Positions 1 to 8,810 of a DNA stretch of 35,607 nt are shown here, piece by piece. Both the position numbers and the translations under genes were made by a program. The DNA comes from an uncultured Chthonomonadaceae bacterium (GTDB lineage: Bacteria; Armatimonadota; Chthonomonadetes; Chthonomonadales; Chthonomonadaceae): contig CAWIEK010000062.1 of assembly GCA_963835065.1 (NCBI GenBank), forward strand, positions 1-35,607, written 5' to 3'. The notes under the pieces are model-generated. The model did not search any database. It saw only the letters and a program-made list of their open reading frames with translations, and had not been told where the DNA came from. The stretch's first letter is position 1. Each line of letters starts with the position of its first letter.

Positions 1-1
1 C

Positions 2-190
2 ATGATCGCCGGGGTAGGGTTGCCGATGATTGTTTTCTTCCAGCCAGATTGTGCGCGAGATGCCGTCAGGAAAGGCCGAGCAGATGCGCGTTCCCTGATA
101 GTGCCGACAGAAGTTACAAACATCGCTGAAAGCAGGAACCGTTTCGTGGTCTCTGTCCAAAACGACATCGTGATTGGCATTTACTGACAT
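2..190 (-). CDS. Small Cys/His putative metal-binding protein (partial, runs off the window start)
   Basis: Not in the ORF track. Manual translation from the ATG at 190 gives MSVNANHDVVLDRDHETVPAFSDVCNFCRHYQGTRICSAFPDGISRTIWLEENNHRQPYPGDH..., open to the window edge, with a CxxCxH...C-x-AFPxGI...H..PYPGD pattern. Co-oriented with the upstream membrane-protein gene. Confidence 0.75.
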   Translation of the reverse strand, partial: MSVNANHDVVLDRDHETVPAFSDVCNFCRHYQGTRICSAFPDGISRTIWLEENNHRQPYPGDH

Positions 191-279
191 GGATTGAACA
201 TCTTCTTTTTGTTTGACAAGTTCCAATAGGGACACGTTTCATCATTCCCAGTTGTCGTTCAAGAGAGCAGGCAATTGCC

Positions 280-2292
280 CTAAATCGGAAATGCCCGATA
301 GGTTTGGATGCCGAGTACGCTGCCGTAGATGGCCCAGACGCTGCCGGTGATGTAGTCGCCTAAAATCAGGCCGATGAAGAAGGGAATGAACCGGCGGTAC
401 GATTTCATGCCGCCGTAGCGGACGATGAGCAGCTTGATGAACCAGCCGACGAGGGTGGCGCACCACAGCCATTCCATCGTGGCCGTGCCCGCCACCGCGT
501 AGCCGATGGGATGGAACGGCCACCAGATGAAGCGCTGCCGCAGGAAAATCAGCAGCCCGGTGACAAGCAGGCCGAGCGTGACGCCCTCCATGCGCGGGAA
601 GTCCGGCTTGACCGGGTTGTCCAGAATGTCTTTGAGCTGCCGCCAGGGAGCGCTGCCCATGTCGGTGCGCCAACTATTCACTTTCGCCGTTGCCGCGCCA
701 TACTGGTAGTAGCACGTCAGCACGGAGGCCCACGACGCCAACGCGCCGACAACCGTTGCCAGCACGATCACCGCCGCCAGATGCTTCAGGTTCATGCGGC
801 TCGATTCGCCGATTTTCATGGCTTCCAGTTGGTTGGGCATAACCGTGGTACGCATGTCCAGGTCGTGCCACAAAACGGCGTGAAGACCCACCTGATCCTG
901 CAGGGAAAACGCGCTGGAACCAACGCCCGCTTTCATCAGGTCATGCACGTTCATGTATGGCCCGAAACCCCAGGGCAGGCCGGCTTCCGCCCGGATGCGC
1001 GTAAACGTAATCACGTACAGATAGTACAGGAAGAAGTACACGGTGGGAACCAGCCATGACATGCCGATGGCGACCCCGAAGCCGATCAGAAACAGATACC
1101 CGGCAAGCCCGCCCAAAATGGCGGCGCGGTAGGACATCGGTTCGTTCGCGTCGTTCAGGTCGGGCGCTGCGCCGGGTTTCAGCAGGCGGAACGCGCTGAG
1201 GAGGGCGGCTTTAGCGGGCTTGCGCAGGCCATACAGGGCGAACAACGCCACGCCCAAAAACGCGCCCGCCGACTGCTCCCCGACATACGGCATCCGGCTT
1301 GCCGCCTGACTCGCGCCCGGCTCGTGGTAGCCCAAACCCGTTGCCGTCACGTTCTGGAACTTGCCGAACAAGAAGAAAAACCACAGGGAAAACGCCACAT
1401 CCAGCGGCAGAAAGTACGTCAGACCGATAACAAGCGGATAAAACGACAACTGCAGTGTGCCGACGCCGCTCCAGGGGGGTGAATTGGCGAAATAGGGTGT
1501 CAGGTTGAGGCGCTGGTCGGAGGGCTTGATGGGGAAGAACGGGACGCTCGGATACAGATAATTCAGGCTGGCAAGCGATTCCAGAACGACGGGAATCAGA
1601 AACCCGATCCACAATTGCTTGTTCGTGAACAACGCGCCCGAACCGCCGTCCCGCGCAATCTCCAGCGGCAACTGCGTAATCGGGAAACTCAGGCGTTCCT
1701 GATCCATCCACTGCCGCCGAATGAGGACGTTGAGGCACAGCATCACCCACAGCAGCGCGACGATAAAGGCCGTCCAGACGAGAACTGGCGTCATCCAGCC
1801 GGAAATATGTTCCCACGTCCAGAACGTGCTTTGCCCGGTGTAAAAGGCTTTGGTCACGCTTTCGCGGGGCAGCAGCCAGGGGCGCACAACCGGCAGAAAT
1901 CGCTCCTTCCATTTGTTTTCGGGCGTTCCGTAGTAAAAGATGTTGCCCGTAAACGTGTTCAGAAACTGCATCATGCCGATGCCTGAAATGCCGATGGAAA
2001 CCGTCTGCATGACATAAATGTACATCAGTTCGGCCTGCGTGAACGCCCATCGCGGCGCAAACCGTTTCAGGCCGAAGTTAATCAGCAGCAGGACGAAGAG
2101 AACGAACACGACGGCGATAATCAGCGACATGGCCGCCAGATCGGTTGCCTGCGCGACAATTTCGGTGTACTCCACCCACAGGCACATCAGGGGAATCAGC
2201 AGAACGCCGATAAGGAGGGCGCGAAGGGTGATGCCTTCGCGCCGAACAGCGTTTTTTGCGGGCGTGGGAGAAATGGTGGGCGTCGTTGCCAA
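280..2292 (-). CDS. Large polytopic membrane protein, DUF6785/DUF6784-type (putative transporter)
   Basis: Many hydrophobic segments with motifs RRQWxxxERLSFPI, RIRAEAG and WWPFHPIGY. Start moved to the TTG at 2292, which follows a GAAAGGA SD (670 aa); the ORF track extends it to 2436. Confidence 0.75.
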   Translation of the reverse strand: MATTPTISPTPAKNAVRREGITLRALLIGVLLIPLMCLWVEYTEIVAQATDLAAMSLIIAVVFVLFVLLLINFGLKRFAPRWAFTQAELMYIYVMQTVSIGISGIGMMQFLNTFTGNIFYYGTPENKWKERFLPVVRPWLLPRESVTKAFYTGQSTFWTWEHISGWMTPVLVWTAFIVALLWVMLCLNVLIRRQWMDQERLSFPITQLPLEIARDGGSGALFTNKQLWIGFLIPVVLESLASLNYLYPSVPFFPIKPSDQRLNLTPYFANSPPWSGVGTLQLSFYPLVIGLTYFLPLDVAFSLWFFFLFGKFQNVTATGLGYHEPGASQAASRMPYVGEQSAGAFLGVALFALYGLRKPAKAALLSAFRLLKPGAAPDLNDANEPMSYRAAILGGLAGYLFLIGFGVAIGMSWLVPTVYFFLYYLYVITFTRIRAEAGLPWGFGPYMNVHDLMKAGVGSSAFSLQDQVGLHAVLWHDLDMRTTVMPNQLEAMKIGESSRMNLKHLAAVIVLATVVGALASWASVLTCYYQYGAATAKVNSWRTDMGSAPWRQLKDILDNPVKPDFPRMEGVTLGLLVTGLLIFLRQRFIWWPFHPIGYAVAGTATMEWLWCATLVGWFIKLLIVRYGGMKSYRRFIPFFIGLILGDYITGSVWAIYGSVLGIQTYRAFPI

Positions 2293-2421
2293 GCGCGTCA
2301 ATCCTTTCGGAACGGGAGGTTGCTGCGCGCCTATTCGCCACAAAGCAAGGCATTTCCTGCAAAGCGGCGTTTCCCGAAAATCCGCGCCCTTCCACTGTGG
2401 ATTGACGTTTAACGGGCAAAT

Positions 2422-2490
2422 AGACAGGATTAACACGGATTAGTCGGATTAAACAGGATTTCTTTGAAAACGTCCCGCCTGATCCTGTTT
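2422..2490. repeat. Degenerate ~9-mer tandem repeat (ACAGGATTA-like) with a partial inverted copy
   Basis: gacaggattaacacggattagtcggattaaacaggattt followed by gatcctgttt, in the divergent intergenic region. Confidence 0.55.
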
Positions 2491-2588
2491 CCCCCGAAGC
2501 CGCTTATCAGAAAAGGTATATTGTACTGGTGTTCGATGCGATAGGGTAACGGAAGGACAGCAAATTGTAATAGTGAGGGAGAAACTTT

Positions 2589-3839
2589 GTGAGGGAAGCG
2601 ATATCGGACGCGCATGACCCGTATGCCGCTCTGCGCCTGCGCGAGTTCCGCGCCTTTGTGTTTGGCCGGAACCTGTCCGGGTTGGGCGATTCGATGCAGG
2701 GCGTTGTGGTCGGATGGGATTTGTACCAGCGCACCAACGCGCCGTTGACGCTTGGCTATGTCGGGCTGGCGCAGGCGCTGCCGATATTTTTGTTCGCGCT
2801 TCCTGCGGGGCATGTGGCGGATCGCTATTCGCGCCGGGGCATTGCCATTATTGCCCAACTCGCGTTTTGCGTTTGCAGTCTGCTGCTGGCGTGGCTGTCC
2901 ATCGTTCATGCCGCTGTTGGGTGGGTGTATGCGTGTCTGTTTTGCGCAAGTACGTGCCGCGCCTTCGGCAATCCGGCGCGGGGGGCTTTGCTGCCGCAGG
3001 TCGTGCCGCCCGCGCTACTGACGGGCGCGATTTCGTGGGACACCAGTATCCGGCGTATCGCGGTGATGTCAGGCGCGGGCGTGGGCGGGTGGCTGCTGGC
3101 GTGGAGCCATCACGCCTGGATCGTGTATGTGACGACAGCGTGTTTTGGCGTTGGGAGCGCGCTGCTGCTCGGCCTCGTTTCCGAACACGCGCCCGCGCCT
3201 TCCGGCAAAGAGCGCGCGACATGGCAGACCCTGCTTGGCGGCGTGGAATACATTCGGCACACGCCCATTATCCTCGCCACAATCACGCTGGACTTGTTTG
3301 CCGTGCTGCTCGGCGGCGCGACAACCCTGATGCCCGTTTATGCCCGCGATATTCTTCATGCCGGGCCGGGCGTATTGGGCTGGCTGCGGGCGGCTCCCTC
3401 GGCGGGCGCGCTGGTGACGGCCCTGACGCTGGCCCATTTGCGCCCGTTCCGCTTTCCCGGACGCGCCATGCTGTGGGCGGTGGCGGGTTTCGGCGTGGCA
3501 ACCATCGTGTTCGGGCTGTCAAGTTCCCTGCCCCTTTCGCTGGGGGCGTTGTTCGGCGTGGGCGCGCTGGATATGGTCAGCGTGGTCGTCCGCCAAACGC
3601 TCGTACAAACCTTAACGCCCAACACGATGCGCGGGCGCGTCAACGCCGTCAACAGCGTGTTCATCAACTCTTCCAACGAAATCGGCGGCTTTGAATCCGG
3701 CTTTGTCGCCCAATATACGTCGCCCCTGTTTTCCGTCGTCAGCGGCGGCATCGGCACGATTGCGGTTGTCGCGCTGGCCGCGCTGCGCTGGCCGCAAATT
3801 CGGAGTTACTCACGAGGGGATCGTGAGAGTGGAGAGTGA
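2589..3839 (+). CDS. MFS transporter (EntS/DHA3-like)
   Basis: 416 aa, about 12 TM segments, MFS motif A GHVADRYSRR, C-terminal TPNTMRGRV; GAGGGAG SD before the GTG start. Confidence 0.9.
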   Translation: MREAISDAHDPYAALRLREFRAFVFGRNLSGLGDSMQGVVVGWDLYQRTNAPLTLGYVGLAQALPIFLFALPAGHVADRYSRRGIAIIAQLAFCVCSLLLAWLSIVHAAVGWVYACLFCASTCRAFGNPARGALLPQVVPPALLTGAISWDTSIRRIAVMSGAGVGGWLLAWSHHAWIVYVTTACFGVGSALLLGLVSEHAPAPSGKERATWQTLLGGVEYIRHTPIILATITLDLFAVLLGGATTLMPVYARDILHAGPGVLGWLRAAPSAGALVTALTLAHLRPFRFPGRAMLWAVAGFGVATIVFGLSSSLPLSLGALFGVGALDMVSVVVRQTLVQTLTPNTMRGRVNAVNSVFINSSNEIGGFESGFVAQYTSPLFSVVSGGIGTIAVVALAALRWPQIRSYSRGDRESGE

Positions 3840-3860
3840 GAGGAACAACGCTCTGGCCTG

Positions 3861-3896
3861 CGAATGTCCGGGTACTGGAAAGTACCCGGACATTCG
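3861..3896. terminator. Perfect 16-bp hairpin between convergent genes (probable terminator or stabilising stem)
   Basis: cgaatgtccgggtact-ggaa-agtacccggacattcg; no strong U-tract follows. Confidence 0.6.
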
Positions 3897-3913
3897 GAGT
3901 CGGCTCTTAAAAC

Positions 3914-4069
3914 CAATACCGTTCAAATAAGAGTTCGTAGGGACACAACATGTTGTGTCCTCTTCCTGAAATGCGGCGGGCGGGCATAGGTTGGAAGCGC
4001 GGGCACAACATGTTAAGAGCGCGGGCACAACATGTTGTGCCCATACGAACTCTTATTTGAACGGTATTG
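3914..4069. mobile_element. MITE (156 bp) with 26-bp perfect TIRs, 10-bp TSD and internal REP-like palindromes
   Basis: TIR caataccgttcaaataagagttcgta (3914-3939) and its reverse complement (4044-4069); direct repeat ctcttaaaac at 3904-3913 and 4070-4079; internal GG(A/G)CACAACATGTTGTG(T/C)CC palindromes. Confidence 0.85.
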
Positions 4070-4072
4070 CTC

Positions 4073-4978
4073 TTAAAACGCTTGTGCCGAGGTCGCGCCG
4101 TATTTGGTGAGCAGGGCAAGCAGTTCGTTTTCCGGCTTGCCGTCTTGAAGATGGATGCTGAGGACGGGGCCGCCGGATTCGAGATGGGTTTGCAGCTGCT
4201 GCGTGTAGTGTGGGGGAAGACCGAGATCGGCCAGAAAGCCATACGCGCCGCCGGCAACCGCGCCTGCCGCGCCCGTTGCCGCCGCCAACCCTGCCACAAG
4301 CGCACCAGCGCCCGCAATCAATCCAACGCCGGGAATGGCAATGGCGGCAAGCCCAAGCAAGGCTCCCAAACCAAGGCCGATGCCCGCGCCTCCCACAGCG
4401 CCTTTCGCCGCATCGCGGCCTGTGGTTGTGGTGATGCCATGCGCCGCAGTCGTTTCCACGCGCTGCTGATCCACGATATGGGCGTGGTCGTCATCTGTCA
4501 CAACGTTCAAGGGCGCGTTGCCGGACAAAGCGGGAATATCCGTTTGTGGAATATCCGGGTGCGAACGCAAGGGCGTATTGATGGGAATGTGATCGTTGGG
4601 ATCAATAGCCGGCACGTAGGAGGCTGGAACCTGAGCGCGCGCGTTGGGAGCCTCTGCGCCCAGCGCGTCATAACTATAACCTGAAGCATTGTGTGTAACG
4701 GAAACATCTTCGCCTACCCGCGCGCCCGTGTTCAGATCAACGGCGGCGGTCATGGGCGGGGCGGGCGTTTGTATATCCGGGATGGGAAGGTCGTTGGGAA
4801 TGGCGGGATGCGCGCCGGGAATATGGGGCGTACCGGCTACAATCGGCGCGCGGGTATCGTGGGGCAGCACAAAACTGACAGCGGCGGCGCTGACTCCATG
4901 ATCCATCAGCGCGCCCGCCGCGCGCTCGGCATCGCGCTCTGTGGCAAACGTGGCGTAAATCGTTCGGTGGGTTAGCAT
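4073..4978 (-). CDS. General-stress/YflT-like membrane protein with a glycine-zipper helix and a Pro-rich insert
   Basis: N-terminal IYATFATERDAERAAGALMDHG, long G/A-rich hydrophobic stretch, C-terminal DLGLP...LESGGPVLSI; ATG at 4978 preceded by GGAGAGGA. Confidence 0.65.
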   Translation of the reverse strand: MLTHRTIYATFATERDAERAAGALMDHGVSAAAVSFVLPHDTRAPIVAGTPHIPGAHPAIPNDLPIPDIQTPAPPMTAAVDLNTGARVGEDVSVTHNASGYSYDALGAEAPNARAQVPASYVPAIDPNDHIPINTPLRSHPDIPQTDIPALSGNAPLNVVTDDDHAHIVDQQRVETTAAHGITTTTGRDAAKGAVGGAGIGLGLGALLGLAAIAIPGVGLIAGAGALVAGLAAATGAAGAVAGGAYGFLADLGLPPHYTQQLQTHLESGGPVLSIHLQDGKPENELLALLTKYGATSAQAF

Positions 4979-5146
4979 ATCCTTGTTTGTCCTCTCCAAG
5001 CGCGCGGAAACAGCCATGTATCACCGCGCGTTTCTGGAATTCAGGAGAAGGACGGGAGGGAAGCGGGCGGGGTTCCGCTGAATTGCCGAATCAAGGAACA
5101 AGCCCCGCGTTGCGGGCGTCCTTTTCACAGACTAATTCAGCGAATA

Positions 5147-5222
5147 TAGGGAACAGGAAACAGGGAACAGGGAACAGGTTGTTGGCTACAACGCTTTTCC
5201 TTTTGCCTTTCTCCTTTTGCCT
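5147..5222. repeat. Heptamer tandem repeats (GGGAACA)n and (TTTTGCC)-like
   Basis: tagggaacaggaaacagggaacagggaacagg followed by ttttccttttgcctttctccttttgcct. Confidence 0.75.
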
Positions 5223-5257
5223 GTATTGAACGGTAGGCACAAAGGAGCGGAACGAAT

Positions 5258-5536
5258 ATGGAAGGTTCCTGGCTGGACACATTCAAGGGGCAGCATATCA
5301 CGGTGCTGACTTCGGTTGGAGGGGACGAGCGCAGCGATACGGGCACACTGGTTGCTATTGGCGATGGCTGGCTGCAAGTGATGAAGGATAACGGCGACAT
5401 GATTCTGGTTCCCAGCACGGCCATTCGGCTGGTCAAGCTGCTGAACATGACCCACACCATTCCCGGCGCGCAAAGCCGCACTGAGTCCCAGATTTCCTCG
5501 CATGTTTTTGAGCCGAACGCGCAAACGCTTCCGTAG
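5258..5536 (+). CDS. Small hypothetical protein, possible Sm/LSm-like beta-barrel
   Basis: 92 aa, AAGGAG SD; pattern KGQHITVLT...GTLVAIGDGWLQV...ILVPSTAIRLV resembles Sm-like folds. Confidence 0.7.
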   Translation: MEGSWLDTFKGQHITVLTSVGGDERSDTGTLVAIGDGWLQVMKDNGDMILVPSTAIRLVKLLNMTHTIPGAQSRTESQISSHVFEPNAQTLP

Positions 5537-5539
5537 GAA

Positions 5540-5644
5540 GGTTTCAGGTTTCAGGTTTCAGGTGTCAGGAAGTGTAGTCCTAATAACGGTGCTGCAATGC
5601 ACCTAGTAGAAAGCAGCAGTTCCTGAAACCTGAAACCTGAAACC
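5540..5644. repeat. Inverted pair of heptamer arrays (GGTTTCA)n / (TGAAACC)n
   Basis: ggtttcaggtttcaggtttcaggtgtcagg ... cctgaaacctgaaacctgaaacc between convergent genes; can fold into a long hairpin. Confidence 0.8.
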
Positions 5645-5650
5645 TCTGTC

Positions 5651-5866
5651 CTAATTGAACAGTTTCTGTCGCACCATGTAGCGGAAGATGGCGGCGCGCT
5701 CATCTTCGCTGAAGGACCGCATTTCGGTGCAGATGGTCAGTTTGTGCTGTTTGCACCAGGTAACAAACTGCTCATCCGAGAAATAATAGACCCACTCCGG
5801 TACGCGCACTGCTTTGTGCGGCATAGTCGGCGTGGCTTCGGTAGACGCTGGAACCATCTGTGTCAT
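5651..5866 (-). CDS. Small hypothetical protein
   Basis: 71 aa with protein-like composition and an AAGG upstream; fills an otherwise empty gap. Confidence 0.6.
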   Translation of the reverse strand: MTQMVPASTEATPTMPHKAVRVPEWVYYFSDEQFVTWCKQHKLTICTEMRSFSEDERAAIFRYMVRQKLFN

Positions 5867-6054
5867 TTTATTTGCCTTACTTTCTATCGGGCGGCAGGTG
5901 GTTGGTGGCTGGTGGCTGGTTTCACAGACAGCCTCTTAATGAACAGCCAACGCTTAACAACCAAGCCTTATTCACCGACTACAAAAGGGCGGGCAATGGA
6001 ACCCAAAGCGCGATACCGCCACGCTCCGAATTTCCACCGCGCCACCCCAATCAA

Positions 6055-6131
6055 GGTTTCAGTGGTCAGGTTTCAGGTGTCAGAGAAAGAACAGTGGCTT
6101 CCCTGATACCTAATACCTGACACCTGACACC
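6055..6131. repeat. Inverted pair of heptamer arrays (GGTTTCA/GGTGTCA family) at the htrA 3' end
   Basis: ggtttcagtggtcaggtttcaggtgtcaga ... cctgatacctaatacctgacacctgacacc. Confidence 0.75.
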
Positions 6132-7657
6132 TACTCAATCGTGATATCCGCCAGAATCGTCTGCGTCCCGTCTTGCGAGGCGCGCTTGACGACGATGGGA
6201 ACCGAGGCTCCGCTGTTCAATTTGGCGGCGATGTCGGACACCTGATCCGCGCTGGTCACGGCCCTGCCGTTAAGCTTTACCAGAACGTCGCCGGGGTGCA
6301 GTCCCGCTTCCTCTGCCGGGCTGCCGGGCAGAATTTCCACGATCACCACGCCGTCTTTAATGGCGCTGCTCAGATGCGCGGCTTCGCGGACTTGCGGGTC
6401 GCTGGCATTGCCCAGGCTGATGCCCAGTTTGCCTTTGGCGTGTTCGCGCGCCGGGGCGGGCGTGGCGTCCGCCGTTTTATCCATGGGCGATGTGCCTATG
6501 GTTGCCGTCAGGGTCTTTTCCGCGCCCTCGCGCTTCACCACAAGCTGTACCTGCTTGCCGGGAGCGGTGCGGGACACCAGTTCGCGCAGGGTGGCCTCAT
6601 CCGTGACCGGCTGGCCGTCATAGCGGACAACCACGTCTTCGACCTGCAAACCGGCCTGCGCGGCAGGCTTGCCCGCCTGCACAAGGGTAATCAGCGCGCC
6701 TTCCTTAACGCCGTAGCGCTGCTGCATGGCGTAGGTCAGCGACTGCGGCACAAAGCCCAGGTAGCCGCGCGTCACGGTTCCCTTGCTGCGCAATTGCTCC
6801 ATGATGTAGCGCGCCTGGTTGGACGGGATCGCGAAGCCGATGCCGACGTTGCCGCCGCTCGGCGATTCGATGGCGACGTTGATGCCCATGATGCGTCCGT
6901 ACACATCCACAAGCGGCCCGCCGGAGTTGCCCGGATTGATGCTGGCGTCCGTCTGGAGCAGGCTCGGATACAAGCGTCCGTCCGCGCCGCTGCCGCCGAT
7001 CTCTTCGCGCCGCTTGGTGGACGAGACAACGCCGACTGTCATGGTATCATTCAAACCGAACGGGCTGCCGAAGGCAATGGCCCACTGGCCCACTTTCACG
7101 CCGTCGGAGTTGGCGAACTCGGCGGCGGGCAGGTTGCTGGCGTCCACTTTGATCAGGGCCAGGTCGCTGCGCTGATCCCGGAACACCTTGCCCACAAACT
7201 GGCGCCCATCCTGCAATTTGACCGTAACGCGATCCGAACCCGCGACAACATGGTCGTTGGTCAGAATGTAACCGTCACTGGAAACAATCACGCCCGAACC
7301 GCTGGCTTCCGCCGAGCGCCGATAGGGCTGCTGCGGGAGCATACGGGGCTGACGCCCGCCGCCCGGAACCTGCGGGAACGTAAAGCCGAACGGGTTCTCA
7401 TCATCACCGCCGCGCAGCGCCGTATTCGTCACGGTTTGGCGGCTGACAATATACACTACGGACGGGCGCAGTTTGTCGGCAACTTTCTCAAAAGCATCCT
7501 GAATATTGAGTACCTGCGCGCTCGGCTGCACAGGCGGCGGGGTGTTCTGCGGGCCGGCGTTGCCGCGCAATCCGGTCAAAGCAAGCGCGCCGGTTCCCAA
7601 AGCAGTGCCGGCCAGCAGCGCGCGCGGAATTCGTTTTTGCCATCGCGTCGAAACCAT
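6131..7657 (-). CDS. htrA: HtrA/DegP/DegQ-family serine protease with two PDZ domains
   Basis: Catalytic triad motifs TNDHVV, SDLALI and GNSGGPL; two PDZ-like domains; N-terminal signal or anchor; start at ATG 7657 after a GGGAGAG SD. Confidence 0.95.
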   Translation of the reverse strand: MVSTRWQKRIPRALLAGTALGTGALALTGLRGNAGPQNTPPPVQPSAQVLNIQDAFEKVADKLRPSVVYIVSRQTVTNTALRGGDDENPFGFTFPQVPGGGRQPRMLPQQPYRRSAEASGSGVIVSSDGYILTNDHVVAGSDRVTVKLQDGRQFVGKVFRDQRSDLALIKVDASNLPAAEFANSDGVKVGQWAIAFGSPFGLNDTMTVGVVSSTKRREEIGGSGADGRLYPSLLQTDASINPGNSGGPLVDVYGRIMGINVAIESPSGGNVGIGFAIPSNQARYIMEQLRSKGTVTRGYLGFVPQSLTYAMQQRYGVKEGALITLVQAGKPAAQAGLQVEDVVVRYDGQPVTDEATLRELVSRTAPGKQVQLVVKREGAEKTLTATIGTSPMDKTADATPAPAREHAKGKLGISLGNASDPQVREAAHLSSAIKDGVVIVEILPGSPAEEAGLHPGDVLVKLNGRAVTSADQVSDIAAKLNSGASVPIVVKRASQDGTQTILADITIE

Positions 7658-8172
7658 TGTTATCATCTCTCCCTGAAATGTGTTAGGTAGTGTAATCGTG
7701 GGAAGACAAAGCGCGGAGGTGGCGCAAAGAGCGTTGCGCGGCTCTGTTCCCTGTATCGCAGACAACTGTTCCAAATTTGAATTCAACCGGCGAATAAAGG
7801 TCAAGCGGCCTGTCGGCAGAATGGAACAGCAAACATCTGTGTCTAGTTGTTTATACGGAAGTTTGTCAAGGGGTTGTTTCCGAAAATGTCCCAACTCACA
7901 AGTATTTACAGAAATTTTTAGCGATTACAACAGTATGACAGCCTGCTTGCCTTAGCGAGTTTGCTCGTAAAAGAAAACAAACGCAAGCAGCGTTGCGTTT
8001 GCGCGTGTTTCTTCTTCAACAACCGTATGCAAAGGTAGACGCGCGGCACACGGGTTTGTAACACAGATTTGCAGCATGGCTGTTGCTGATGTGATAGTAT
8101 CTTCTCCCAACAATGGAAGAAAGAAGCGAACACAAAACCCCGCTCCAGCATAATCGCTGAACCGGGGTTTGA

Positions 8173-8210
8173 AAATCACCAACCACCAATCACCAGCCAC
8201 CAGCCATCAG
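8173..8210. repeat. Heptamer tandem (CACCAGC/CACCAAY)
   Basis: aaatcaccaaccaccaatcaccagccaccagccatcag; the reverse-complement family occurs at about 5897-5921 (ggtggttggtggctggtggctgg). Confidence 0.65.
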
Positions 8211-8212
8211 TT

Positions 8213-8698
8213 TCACGGCCCGACTTTGAGCAGTTCCACTACGAATGTCAGGGTGGCGTTGGCCGGGATGACGGGCGGAAAGCCGCGCGCGCCATACGCA
8301 AGGTCGGGCGGGCAGATCAATTTACGCTTGCCGCCGACGCGCATAGTCGCCACGCCCTCATTCCATGCCGGAATCACTCGCCCTCCCAGATCAAATTCAA
8401 AAGGCTGACCGTGCGGATGATCCGGGTCTACGTGTTTGGAGGACGCATCGAACACGGTTCCGTTCGCCAGCGTACCCGTGTAATTGACCGTCACCATGTC
8501 GCCGACTTTGGGCATGGCTCCCTTGCCCACCTTCAAATCCACGTACTTCAGTCCTGTTTTGGTCGTGACCACTTTGCCGCCCGCGTCCGCTTTTGCGGCA
8601 GGTTTTTTGGCGTCGTGTTTAGGCGGCGCGGCAATCGCGCCGACAACCAATACCAGCAGCAGCCCGGCAGAAATCGGGAACATTCCTATCTTTTGCAT
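8213..8698 (-). CDS. FKBP-type peptidyl-prolyl cis-trans isomerase (exported)
   Basis: VNYTGTL..GTVFDAS, VIPAWNEG, GGKRKL.CPPDLAYG, IPANATLTFVVELL; hydrophobic signal peptide. Confidence 0.95.
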   Translation of the reverse strand: MQKIGMFPISAGLLLVLVVGAIAAPPKHDAKKPAAKADAGGKVVTTKTGLKYVDLKVGKGAMPKVGDMVTVNYTGTLANGTVFDASSKHVDPDHPHGQPFEFDLGGRVIPAWNEGVATMRVGGKRKLICPPDLAYGARGFPPVIPANATLTFVVELLKVGP

Positions 8699-8810
8699 GG
8701 GGTTTCTTGTTCTCCTCACTTTTTATCACCAAAGGATTAGCTCGCCTGATGCGAACCTCACCCGCTAATTCGCGCTTGCCGCTTCTGTTTCCTGCTTCTC
8801 CACATGCGCG

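Noticed and set aside
2..187. Plus-strand 61-aa ORF from the track
   Set aside because: Shadow of the minus-strand Cys/His protein, which has a far more protein-like motif.
2714..3694. 326-aa alternative-frame ORF
   Set aside because: Arg/Ala-rich off-frame reading inside the MFS gene.
5076..5142. 9-bp inverted repeat cgctgaatt/aattcagcg
   Set aside because: Short, single, and without a recognisable RNA or operator motif; may be chance.
6173..7690. 505-aa plus-strand ORF
   Set aside because: Antisense shadow of htrA, as expected from high-GC codon bias; no recognisable motifs.
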